From the NCBI GenBank assembly GCA_030591505.1, contig JAUVAY010000002.1:1-52446 (forward strand): 52,446 bases of DNA, given 5' to 3'. The DNA is from Flavobacteriales bacterium. Lineage in GTDB: Bacteria; Bacteroidota; Bacteroidia; Flavobacteriales_D; JAHECK01. The position numbers and the translations under genes were made by a program. Every line of letters starts with the position of its first letter. The stretch's first letter is position 1. The notes under the pieces are model-generated. The model made no database searches. It was given only the letters and a program-made list of their open reading frames with translations, and was not told the origin of the DNA. Positions 26,994 through 35,423 of this stretch are shown here, piece after piece.

Positions 26994-29900
26994 ATGAAAA
27001 AGCTGATCGTATTTTTTATTCAACATCCTCTTTGGGCCAATGCTATAATTGTTCTGACCCTAATTTTTGGCTTGTTAAGCATGTTTAGTTTGGGAACTTC
27101 TTTTTTCCCTGAGCTCGCTCCTAATCGAATTTTTGTAACGGTTTTCTATCCTGGAGCATCTCCAGTTGAGATGGAAGAGGGTATAACGATTAAAATAGAG
27201 GAAGCCTTACGCGGGATCAATGAAATTGATGAGCTTGAATCAAATTCCATAGAGAATATGTCAAGCATTACTATCGTTGCCTATCAAGGTAGCGATATGG
27301 ATAATTTATTATCAGAAGTAAAAAATGCTGTTGACGGAATCTCTTCATTCCCAGATGGGGCGGAAAAACCGATTGTTTTTAAGCAGAAATCGAACCCCAT
27401 GTCGGAAACGGCAGCTTATATGTCGATAAGTGGAGATGTAGATCGATTTACTTTAAAGAAGTATGCAGAAGAATTTGAGGATAATTTATTATTAAGTGAT
27501 GATGTTTCCCAGGTTGTTATTTCCGGCTTGCCTGATCTTGAAATTTCAATCGAAGTTAATGAAGACGAACTACAGCGATATAACTTAAGGATCGAGGATC
27601 TGGTAAATGCTGTTCGGGCTAATAATAGAGATATTTCAGCTGGAAATATTAAATCTGATGATGAAGAACTAATAATCCGCGCTCGTGCTAAATCAATTGA
27701 CCCTCATATGATCGAATTGATTCCGCTAAGAACAGGGGCTGAAGGAAATTTTATTGCTATTGGAGATGTTGCTACAGTCGAATTACAGTTTTCAGAATCA
27801 CCTGTAAAAAATATTTTGAATGGTAAAAATGCGGTGGTTGTTACGGTAAAAAAGCTTCCAACTGAAGATCTGAATGATATAAGCGAAACTACCTTGGAAG
27901 AGATGGTGAAGTTCAATGAACTTCATGATGATGTTGAATTGAAAGTGATGTTCATGTTTAGTGACCTTCTTTTTCAACGAATCATGCTTCTTTCGAAAAA
28001 CGGTGGTATTGGACTTATTTTAGTTTTACTCACACTCGGCTTCTTCCTTAATGTTCGTTTATCAGCATGGGTCGCATTCGGAATACCATTTTCGTTTCTT
28101 GGCATGTTCATAATCGGAGGCATGTATGGAATTACCATCAATATGATCTCTCTCTTTGGAATGATACTCGTCGTTGGAATATTGGTGGATGATGGAATTG
28201 TGATAGCAGAGAACATTTATTCTCACTTTGAACTAGGGAAACACCCTTTTCAGGCGGCCTATGACGGAACCAAAGAAGTAGCATCAGCGGTTGTAACCTC
28301 AGTGTTGACTACAATTGTGGCTTTCTCGGTGCTCTTTTTTATTGAAGGAATGGAGATGATGGCAGAGATGGCATTTGTTGTTATAACGGCCTTGGCTTTT
28401 TCATTGATAGAAGCATTTTTAATTCTTCCAACACACCTCGCAAGTGAGAGGGTGCTTAAAGAGAAAAGTTCAGGTTTTGGAAAGAAGATAAGAAGTTTTT
28501 TCGATAAGCTGATCGTTAAAATGCGAGATGATTATTATGGATTCGTTCTGAAATGGCTTGTTAAACATCCAAGGTATACTGGAATAATACCTGTGGCTTT
28601 TATGGTTATTGTTGGACTTCTTTTGGGTTTTAAAGTGATTAGAACTACTTTTTTTCCTTCTATTCCTTTTGATGATTTTAGTGTTGAGATCGCTTTTTTT
28701 CCAGGAGAACGTGAAGCAATAACTGAAGCTTATTTATTGGATTTTGATAAGAAGGTTTGGGAAGTTAGTGATGAGATATATGAAGAGACAGGTGATAGTG
28801 TTATTACTTATACTTCCATTACTGTAGGAATGGCTAATCAATTGGGAGAGAATGGAGGCCATGCAGGGCAAATACGTATTTCATTGGATGTGGAAGATAA
28901 AGGTATCAGCAGTTTTGAAGTTGCTGAGCGTGTTAGAAATAAATTAGGACCTATTCCTGAGGCCAATAAATTTATGGTTGGAGGCGGTAACCGTTGGGGA
29001 AAACCGGTGTCTATTGCTGTGTCAGGAAAAGATACCCGACGAATTAAAGAAGCTACAAAACTACTGGTTGATGAACTTAAAAAAGTTCCTGATCTAAAAG
29101 ATGTTTCAGATAATGGAGGGATAGGAAAAAGAGAAGTGCAATTAAGTTTAAAACCGGATGCTTATCTCCTTGGTTTAAACACAACCATGATCATGGGACA
29201 GATCAGAGAAGGCTTTTTTGGATCAGAAGTTCAACGATTGATTATTGGGCGTGATGAAGTGAGAGTGTGGGTTCGTTATCCAATTGAAGATAGAATGAGT
29301 CTTGGAATGCTGGAAGATATGCGTATCAAAACACCCGATGGATTATCTGTTCCCTTAAAAGAAGTTACCGATTACTCTTTGAATCGTGGAGAAGTAAGTA
29401 TTCGCCATTACGATGGGAGAAGGGAAATATTAGTTCAGGCAGATCTGATAGATCCTTATGCATCTGTTCCGGAATTACTTCAGGAGGTTAAAGCTGAAGT
29501 TATTCCAAAATTAATGGCTAATTATCCGGGTATCGAGATCAATTTTAGAGGACAACAAAGAAATGCCGACAAATCGAGTAAATCTGGAGGATTGTATGCG
29601 TTTATTGCCTTGTTTATTATGTTTATGATCATCTCATTAAACTTCAATTCTGTTTATCAGGCTTTACTTATCGTTATTATGCTTCCGTTAGGTGTTTTTG
29701 GAGCGATACTGGGGCATGGGATTGAAAACCTTCCCGTATCAATTTTAAGTGCTTGGGGAATAATAGCCCTTATGGGAATCTTAGTTAATGATTCTGTAGT
29801 TTATTTAGATACCTATAATCGAAACCTTCTGAAAGGAATGAATGTCAAGGATGCAATTTTTCAGGCAGGTATTAGTCGATTCAGACCAATTATCTTAACC

Positions 29901-30164
29901 TCGATCACTACTGTAGCCGGACTATACCCTCTTATCTTAGAAAACTCTTTTCAAGCTCAATTCCTGGTTCCAATGGCAACGTCTGTAGCCTATGGAGTAT
30001 TATTTGGAACCTTTTTCATATTGCTATTCTTCCCAGTTATTGTGTTGTTGATGAATGACCTTAAACGATCTATTTATTGGTTATGGCATGGTGAGAAAGT
30101 GGAAAGGATAGATATGGAGCCAGTAATACAAAAACAAAAAAAGATTAAAAAAATTGAATTGTAG
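26994..30164 (+). CDS. RND efflux permease (AcrB/AcrD/AcrF family)
   Basis: 1056 aa with the 12-TM, two-large-loop architecture and the conserved 'GILVDDGIVIAENI' / 'GILVNDSVVYLD' TM4/TM10 blocks. Confidence 0.9.
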   Translation: MKKLIVFFIQHPLWANAIIVLTLIFGLLSMFSLGTSFFPELAPNRIFVTVFYPGASPVEMEEGITIKIEEALRGINEIDELESNSIENMSSITIVAYQGSDMDNLLSEVKNAVDGISSFPDGAEKPIVFKQKSNPMSETAAYMSISGDVDRFTLKKYAEEFEDNLLLSDDVSQVVISGLPDLEISIEVNEDELQRYNLRIEDLVNAVRANNRDISAGNIKSDDEELIIRARAKSIDPHMIELIPLRTGAEGNFIAIGDVATVELQFSESPVKNILNGKNAVVVTVKKLPTEDLNDISETTLEEMVKFNELHDDVELKVMFMFSDLLFQRIMLLSKNGGIGLILVLLTLGFFLNVRLSAWVAFGIPFSFLGMFIIGGMYGITINMISLFGMILVVGILVDDGIVIAENIYSHFELGKHPFQAAYDGTKEVASAVVTSVLTTIVAFSVLFFIEGMEMMAEMAFVVITALAFSLIEAFLILPTHLASERVLKEKSSGFGKKIRSFFDKLIVKMRDDYYGFVLKWLVKHPRYTGIIPVAFMVIVGLLLGFKVIRTTFFPSIPFDDFSVEIAFFPGEREAITEAYLLDFDKKVWEVSDEIYEETGDSVITYTSITVGMANQLGENGGHAGQIRISLDVEDKGISSFEVAERVRNKLGPIPEANKFMVGGGNRWGKPVSIAVSGKDTRRIKEATKLLVDELKKVPDLKDVSDNGGIGKREVQLSLKPDAYLLGLNTTMIMGQIREGFFGSEVQRLIIGRDEVRVWVRYPIEDRMSLGMLEDMRIKTPDGLSVPLKEVTDYSLNRGEVSIRHYDGRREILVQADLIDPYASVPELLQEVKAEVIPKLMANYPGIEINFRGQQRNADKSSKSGGLYAFIALFIMFMIISLNFNSVYQALLIVIMLPLGVFGAILGHGIENLPVSILSAWGIIALMGILVNDSVVYLDTYNRNLLKGMNVKDAIFQAGISRFRPIILTSITTVAGLYPLILENSFQAQFLVPMATSVAYGVLFGTFFILLFFPVIVLLMNDLKRSIYWLWHGEKVERIDMEPVIQKQKKIKKIEL

Positions 30165-30165
30165 A

Positions 30166-31485
30166 ATGAGGTATTATATTCTAATAGTAGCGTTTTTTCT
30201 CAGTTTTGCTAACACTTATGCGCAAGCTCCATTGAGTGTAGGAGACGCTGTAGAACTCGCATTAAGTAATAATTTTCAGATTCTTATTGCGGGTAAAAAT
30301 ATAGAAATTGCGAATAATAATTTTAGTAAGGGACAAGCGGGATATTACCCAAGCATCACCTTTAAATTGAATAACTCTAATACCTTAACAGATAACCAAG
30401 ATCCCAGTTCTTTTATTAATGGACTTTTTTCATCTTCCAGAGTAACACCTACTATTGACCTGCAATGGGTACTGTTTGATGGATTGAGAATAAGAGCAAA
30501 TTATGAACAGTTGGGCAAGTTATCAGAACTAAGTGAAGGAAATGAGATCGTGATCCTTCAAAGTACTGTTCAGGGAGTGATCTTATCTTATTACAATATT
30601 TTATTGCAAGCAGAAAGGTTAGCAAGTAATAGGGAAGTACTGGAGTTGTCGAAAGATCGTTATGCTTATTTTGAGAACAGAAAGAACCTTGGTACTGCGG
30701 TTACTTTCGATCTTGTACAAGCTAAAAATGCGATGCTAAATGATAGTACAATAGTAATTGGCCAACGACTTGAATTAAGTAAAGCTATTAGGGAGCTAAA
30801 TAGATTAATGGTGATCGATCTGGAAACTAGATGGATGTTTTCTGATAGTCTAAAAGCTGTACCGGCTCCTTATGAGTACAGCGTTTTAAAAGAATCAATG
30901 TTGAGTTCAAATGCCAATTTACGCATTCAGTTTGTCAATCAGGAATTGAAAAATATTGCATTGAAACAAGGTAAAGCGGGACTCTATCCTAGTTTGATAT
31001 TAAACCCTGGAGCTAGCTATACTTACAGTCATTTTGATGGAACACTACCAAGTGGTGATGCTGTGATCACTGATGGTTCTACAACGAATTATTATGCTAA
31101 TCTAGCCCTTAGTTTCAATTTGTATAATGGTGGAAAAACAAGAAGAACCATTAAAAATGCAAGGATTGATATTGACATTGCTCAATTGACTACAAATCAA
31201 TTGAAACAGTCTTTAGAAGCAGAGTTAGCTAATCAGTTTAATACTTGGCAAGTAATGTTAGAAGCCTTGTTAATAGCACGGGAAAATCTTGAAAGTGCAG
31301 AGTTAAATATTCAGATTGCTACGGAGAAGTATAAAAATGGAAGCATTACATCATTCGAATTCAGAGATGTACAAAAAACATATCTACTTGTTTCTTTAAC
31401 TAAACTTCAAGCTGAATATAATGTTATCGCTACACAAACTGATCTACTTCGCTTATCCGGAAATATCTTGAGGGAAATTGAATAA
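30166..31485 (+). CDS. TolC-family outer-membrane efflux protein
   Basis: About 439 aa with signal 'FANTYAQ' and the two-fold repeated alpha/beta OEP pattern. It is third in the RND operon. The start is placed at ATG 30166; the track start 30154 is a TTG inside the permease gene. Confidence 0.8.
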   Translation: MRYYILIVAFFLSFANTYAQAPLSVGDAVELALSNNFQILIAGKNIEIANNNFSKGQAGYYPSITFKLNNSNTLTDNQDPSSFINGLFSSSRVTPTIDLQWVLFDGLRIRANYEQLGKLSELSEGNEIVILQSTVQGVILSYYNILLQAERLASNREVLELSKDRYAYFENRKNLGTAVTFDLVQAKNAMLNDSTIVIGQRLELSKAIRELNRLMVIDLETRWMFSDSLKAVPAPYEYSVLKESMLSSNANLRIQFVNQELKNIALKQGKAGLYPSLILNPGASYTYSHFDGTLPSGDAVITDGSTTNYYANLALSFNLYNGGKTRRTIKNARIDIDIAQLTTNQLKQSLEAELANQFNTWQVMLEALLIARENLESAELNIQIATEKYKNGSITSFEFRDVQKTYLLVSLTKLQAEYNVIATQTDLLRLSGNILREIE

Positions 31486-31510
31486 TAGAATAATCCAAGA
31501 TTCTATTTTT
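31486..31510 (+). terminator. Weak candidate intrinsic terminator after the RND operon
   Basis: TAGAAT (31486-31491) pairs with ATTCTA (31500-31505) around an 8-nt loop, followed by TTTTT (31506-31510). The stem is short and AT-only, so confidence is low. Confidence 0.3.
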
Positions 31511-31515
31511 CTTAA

Positions 31516-31546
31516 CCCAACTCCCAACTCCCAACTCCCAACTCCC
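31516..31546. repeat. Perfect heptanucleotide tandem array: five CCC tracts separated by AACT (G3-N4 G-quadruplex motif on the minus strand)
   Basis: Read directly: CCC at 31516-18, 31523-25, 31530-32, 31537-39 and 31544-46, each separated by AACT. This equals four perfect copies of CCAACTC at 31517-31544. Confidence 0.9.
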
Positions 31547-31585
31547 GTCTTCCGTCCTTTTTACCCATCTCCCAACAACTTTTCC

Positions 31586-31593
31586 TACCTTTG
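31586..31593 (+). promoter_or_regulatory. Candidate -7 promoter box (TAnnTTTG) directly abutting the yhhQ-like start codon
   Basis: Exact match 'TACCTTTG'. Only 5 nt separate it from the ATG at 31599. Confidence 0.3.
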
Positions 31594-31598
31594 ATTTA

Positions 31599-32306
31599 AT
31601 GAACACCACTGTTTCCCCTTCATTAATGAAACTTAGAATAGATCGTACCTACATTGTTCTATCTGGTTTATTTGTTGCACTGCTCATTGTATGCAACCTT
31701 ATCGCTAATAAATTTGTGACTGTAGACCTTGGTTTTTTGGGGTTTAGTAATCCTTTTATTTTATCAGCTGGTGTTTTACCATATCCACTTACTTTCTTAA
31801 CAACAGATGTGCTGAGTGAGTTTTATGGTAAAAAGAGAACTAATCAGGTGATCGTAACCGGGTTTATCGCTTCGATAGTAATTTTAGGAGTGCTACTTTT
31901 GGGGAGTGTATTTAATAGCATTGATGGAAGCCCGGTGAGTGATGAAACCTATAATATGGTTTTTGAAAATTCATGGAGAGTTATTGGAGCATCTATGGTA
32001 GCCTATCTAGCAGCACAATTTGTAGATGTAAAACTCTTTCACTTTTGGAAAAGGTTAACGAATGGTAAGCACCTTTGGCTAAGGAATAATGGTTCTACGG
32101 TTCTTTCACAATTTATAGATACTGCATTAGTAGTTTCTGTGCTTTTTATTGGTGTAAGATCTTTCGAAGAGATCCAGTCGATGATTTTTGATGGCTGGCT
32201 ATTTAAAGCGATGGTAGCCTTATTTGATACTCCTATTTTTTATGCAATAGTCTACTTTGGCCGCAAAGTTTTTGATCTTAAACCTGGCGAGGAGTTACCA
32301 CTTTAA
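31599..32306 (+). CDS. yhhQ: Queuosine-precursor (preQ0/preQ1) transporter, YhhQ/DUF165 (VUT) family
   Basis: 235 aa polytopic membrane protein. 'NLIANKF', 'PYPLTFLTTDVLSEFYGKKRTNQ' and 'SQFIDTALV' are YhhQ-family blocks. Confidence 0.75.
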   Translation: MNTTVSPSLMKLRIDRTYIVLSGLFVALLIVCNLIANKFVTVDLGFLGFSNPFILSAGVLPYPLTFLTTDVLSEFYGKKRTNQVIVTGFIASIVILGVLLLGSVFNSIDGSPVSDETYNMVFENSWRVIGASMVAYLAAQFVDVKLFHFWKRLTNGKHLWLRNNGSTVLSQFIDTALVVSVLFIGVRSFEEIQSMIFDGWLFKAMVALFDTPIFYAIVYFGRKVFDLKPGEELPL

Positions 32307-32982
32307 CAGCGTTTAAAATTTCCAATAATTCATTAAAATATGTTGGAGGATCAGTTTCTATTTTTATCAATTCCTTGCTACTAGGGTGTTTAAACTCAAT
32401 TGATAGCGCATGAAGCATAAGGTCTTCGATTTTATATTGCTCTTTAATAAATTTATTATAATGCCTGTCACCATATCTCTTGTCCCCTATTATAGGATGC
32501 CTTAAATGAGAAAAATGTCTTCTTATTTGGTGCATTCTTCCTGTTTGTGGCTCAACTTCAACTAAAGAAAAACGTGATTGTGGATACTTGCTGATCTCAA
32601 GGTCTACGATAATTTGATTGAGTAATGTATAGTTTGTTTTTGCTTCCTGAAGCGAACCATCACCATCTTTTTTGAGCGCTTTATCGATGCTGCCACTTTT
32701 TTCGGTAAACCCTCTGACCAAACATAAATATGTTTTTTTGATCTTATTTTCTCTAAATAAAAGAGAAAGATCTCTTGCAACCTCTTTGTTTTTTGCAAAT
32801 AGTAATACACCTGAGGTTGGACGATCTAGGCGATGAATAGTGTGAAGTTTTGTATAGCCTAATTTAGCCAACTCTTTTGTAGCAAACCAGTGACAGTTTT
32901 TTGCCATTGGAGTTGGGTAAACCATCATTTTTGAGGGTTTATCTATAACTATTATCGATTCATCCTCGTATAAAATATTCAT
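32278..32982 (-). CDS. RluA-family pseudouridine synthase (TruC-like, no S4 domain)
   Basis: 234 aa with catalytic motif 'HRLDRPTSGVLLFAK' and 'GRMHQIRRH'. Its 3' end overlaps the yhhQ-like gene by 29 nt (convergent). Confidence 0.8.
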   Translation of the reverse strand: MNILYEDESIIVIDKPSKMMVYPTPMAKNCHWFATKELAKLGYTKLHTIHRLDRPTSGVLLFAKNKEVARDLSLLFRENKIKKTYLCLVRGFTEKSGSIDKALKKDGDGSLQEAKTNYTLLNQIIVDLEISKYPQSRFSLVEVEPQTGRMHQIRRHFSHLRHPIIGDKRYGDRHYNKFIKEQYKIEDLMLHALSIEFKHPSSKELIKIETDPPTYFNELLEILNAVKVVTPRQV

Positions 32983-33057
32983 AGAACTTACAATACTATT
33001 ATAAAATTATTGAATTATTTAATCTTAATTTTCTAAATTGCTTCACAACTAGATACC

Positions 33058-35421
33058 ATGACACTTATTCTAACTATCCTTTTTAAGAAAAGATCTTACA
33101 TTTCATTGGTCTTTCTATTCACTGTTTTTGGGATGAGCGCTCAGAGTCCAAAGAAAATACTTAAGACAGGAAAGGAATTTTATGAGACGAAGAATTATCA
33201 GGATGCAATAGATCAGTATTCGAAGGCAATAGAGCTTGAGATAGATTATGTAGATGCTTATATTCATAGAGCAGCTGCTTATATTGCATTGGAAGACTTT
33301 GAGAGTGCTGCTTCTGATTATAAAAGAGCTACAGCTTTTGATCAGAAGAATGAAGTGCTTTATTATAATGCTGGAAAACTCTATTTTCAATTGGAGAATA
33401 ATGAGGATGCTATTGATATGTTATCAGCTTCTATTTCAATTAAGAAGAAATATTTACCCCCTTACCCATATTTAATTACCTCATATCTGAATATTGGAAA
33501 ACATGATGAAGCATTATTAAAAGCAAGTGATTGGGTTAGTATTGATGGAGATGTTAAGTCCTACTATTATAAAGCGATTGTTTATGATAGTCTTAAACAG
33601 TATGTTAAATCTGTAGATGTATACCGAAGTTGCATTGAAGAAAATAATGGCTATGCTCCTGCTTATGTTGGAGTAGCCAGAGCAGAATTAAATTTAAACA
33701 GAATTAATGATGCGTATAAGGATATCAATAAAGCGATTAGCCTTGATAAATATAGTGTAGATGCTTATGTTATTAAGAGCATGATAGGTGTGAAAAACAA
33801 GGATTTCCCAAATGCGATAGATGATATTTCTAGAGCGATTATAATTGAACCCGATAATAAAGACCTATATCGAAAAAGAGGGTCATATTATCTTGAATTT
33901 GGTCAATATTCGAATGCGATAGGTGATTACAATAAAATCCTACTTTTAGATAAAAATGATGTTCTTGCTTATTATAATAGGGGTTATGCCAATGCTCAGA
34001 CTGGTAATTCACAAAATGCACTCTCAGATTTCAGAAGGTTTAAGGATCTTTCACCGGGAATTCCGGGTATTGCTTTGTTAATAGAAGATGCTGAAAAACA
34101 AGTATATGAATTAAACAAAGAAGCAAATAACCCTCATGTCACATTTTCCGAGCCGCTGGTAAATAAATCGGGTATATTCGAAATCCCTTTGGGCTCAATT
34201 GATATAACATTCATTGGTGTAGTTGAAGATCAAAGTTTGATAAAGAAAATTGAAGTAAATAATATAGAAGCAAAATTTAATAACAATGATTACAATCCAA
34301 GTTTTGAATTAACAATTGACGTAACAGGACTGGAAGAACTAAATGTGGTAGTGACTGATGTATATTTCAATGTATTGGTCCAGAGTATTAAAATTCTACG
34401 AATAGAAGTTAATAGTCCAGGCGTTGTTCTTAGAGCACCAGTAGCTTCTGATAATGGTGAAGTATTCTTGGATGAAGATAACTCTCAATTGTATATCGAA
34501 GGAATTATAGATGATGAAAGCCAGATATCTATTATTAAAGTAAACGATATGAATGCTAGTTTTAGCATGGACCAGTTAAACCCATCATTTTCAGCTACAA
34601 TTTCAATAGCAAATCAAAGTCAGTTTACAGTATATGTAGAAGATATTTATGGTAATGGAACTCTTCAGACTTTTGTGTTGAATAGAGAATCGATTGGCTT
34701 GTTAGCTGATAATCCAATGGGAAAAACATGGGTTATCTTTATCGAAAACTCAAATTATGATGAGTTTGCCTCTCTTGATGGTCCTGAAAAAGATATTACC
34801 GCTATCCGTTCTTCTTTGATAAATTATAAGATCAATAATTTTCTACATAAAAAAGACCTTTCCAAAAAAGAGATGGATCGATTCTTCTCTATTGAATTGA
34901 GAGACCTTGTACGAGCAAATCAAGTAAATTCTCTATTGATATGGTATGCCGGACATGGTAAATTTATTAATGAAACAGGATATTGGATTCCGACCAATGC
35001 TAAAAGAGATGATGAATTCACATATTTTAATATCAATACCATTAAAGCAGCGTTACAATCCTATTCACAAACCCTTAACCATACATTAATGATCAATGAT
35101 GCCTGTGAGTCCGGTGCGTCATTTGCTGACTTAACGCGAGGTGAAAAGGAAAGACGATGCGATGATTGGCAGGATATAAAATCTAAATCATCACAAGTTT
35201 TGAGTTCTGCAGGCTACGAATTGGCATTAGATAATTCTCAATTCACAAAGACATTTGCAAATATGTTAAAGAATAATCCTGATGCATGTTTACCTATAGA
35301 TGTGATAGTAAAGTCGGTTAAATCAGCGGTTGTTAAAAACAAGCAACAAACACCAAAGTTTGGTACTATTTCAGGACTTGGTGATGAAAACGGGACTTTT
35401 TTCTTTATTAAAAAGCAATAG
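33058..35421 (+). CDS. Exported TPR-repeat protein with two Ig-like repeats and a C-terminal caspase (peptidase C14) domain
   Basis: 787 aa with signal 'VFLFTVFGMSAQ'. About 8-9 TPR units ('A..DY..AI.LD') span about 33150-34100. Two related beta-sandwich repeats ('IEVNNIEAKFNNNDYNPSFELTI' and 'IKVNDMNASFSMDQLNPSFSATI') span about 34235-34680. The caspase fold has 'LLIWYAGHGKF' (His633, 34954-34956) and 'LMINDACESGAS' (Cys683, 35104-35106). Confidence 0.75.
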   Translation: MTLILTILFKKRSYISLVFLFTVFGMSAQSPKKILKTGKEFYETKNYQDAIDQYSKAIELEIDYVDAYIHRAAAYIALEDFESAASDYKRATAFDQKNEVLYYNAGKLYFQLENNEDAIDMLSASISIKKKYLPPYPYLITSYLNIGKHDEALLKASDWVSIDGDVKSYYYKAIVYDSLKQYVKSVDVYRSCIEENNGYAPAYVGVARAELNLNRINDAYKDINKAISLDKYSVDAYVIKSMIGVKNKDFPNAIDDISRAIIIEPDNKDLYRKRGSYYLEFGQYSNAIGDYNKILLLDKNDVLAYYNRGYANAQTGNSQNALSDFRRFKDLSPGIPGIALLIEDAEKQVYELNKEANNPHVTFSEPLVNKSGIFEIPLGSIDITFIGVVEDQSLIKKIEVNNIEAKFNNNDYNPSFELTIDVTGLEELNVVVTDVYFNVLVQSIKILRIEVNSPGVVLRAPVASDNGEVFLDEDNSQLYIEGIIDDESQISIIKVNDMNASFSMDQLNPSFSATISIANQSQFTVYVEDIYGNGTLQTFVLNRESIGLLADNPMGKTWVIFIENSNYDEFASLDGPEKDITAIRSSLINYKINNFLHKKDLSKKEMDRFFSIELRDLVRANQVNSLLIWYAGHGKFINETGYWIPTNAKRDDEFTYFNINTIKAALQSYSQTLNHTLMINDACESGASFADLTRGEKERRCDDWQDIKSKSSQVLSSAGYELALDNSQFTKTFANMLKNNPDACLPIDVIVKSVKSAVVKNKQQTPKFGTISGLGDENGTFFFIKKQ

Positions 35422-35423
35422 TA

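Noticed and set aside
31516-31546. The heptamer array interpreted as a CRISPR-like or telomere-like repeat.
   Set aside because: The units are contiguous 7-mers with no spacers, and the array is only 31 nt long. No cas genes or other copies occur in the window. I report it as a microsatellite/G4 motif instead.
31486-31598. A preQ1 riboswitch upstream of the yhhQ-like transporter, expected from known biology.
   Set aside because: The plus strand has only two G between 31501 and 31592. The short P1 stem-loop plus A-rich tail of preQ1-I, or the pseudoknots of classes II and III, cannot be drawn. A covariance-model scan would be the definitive check.
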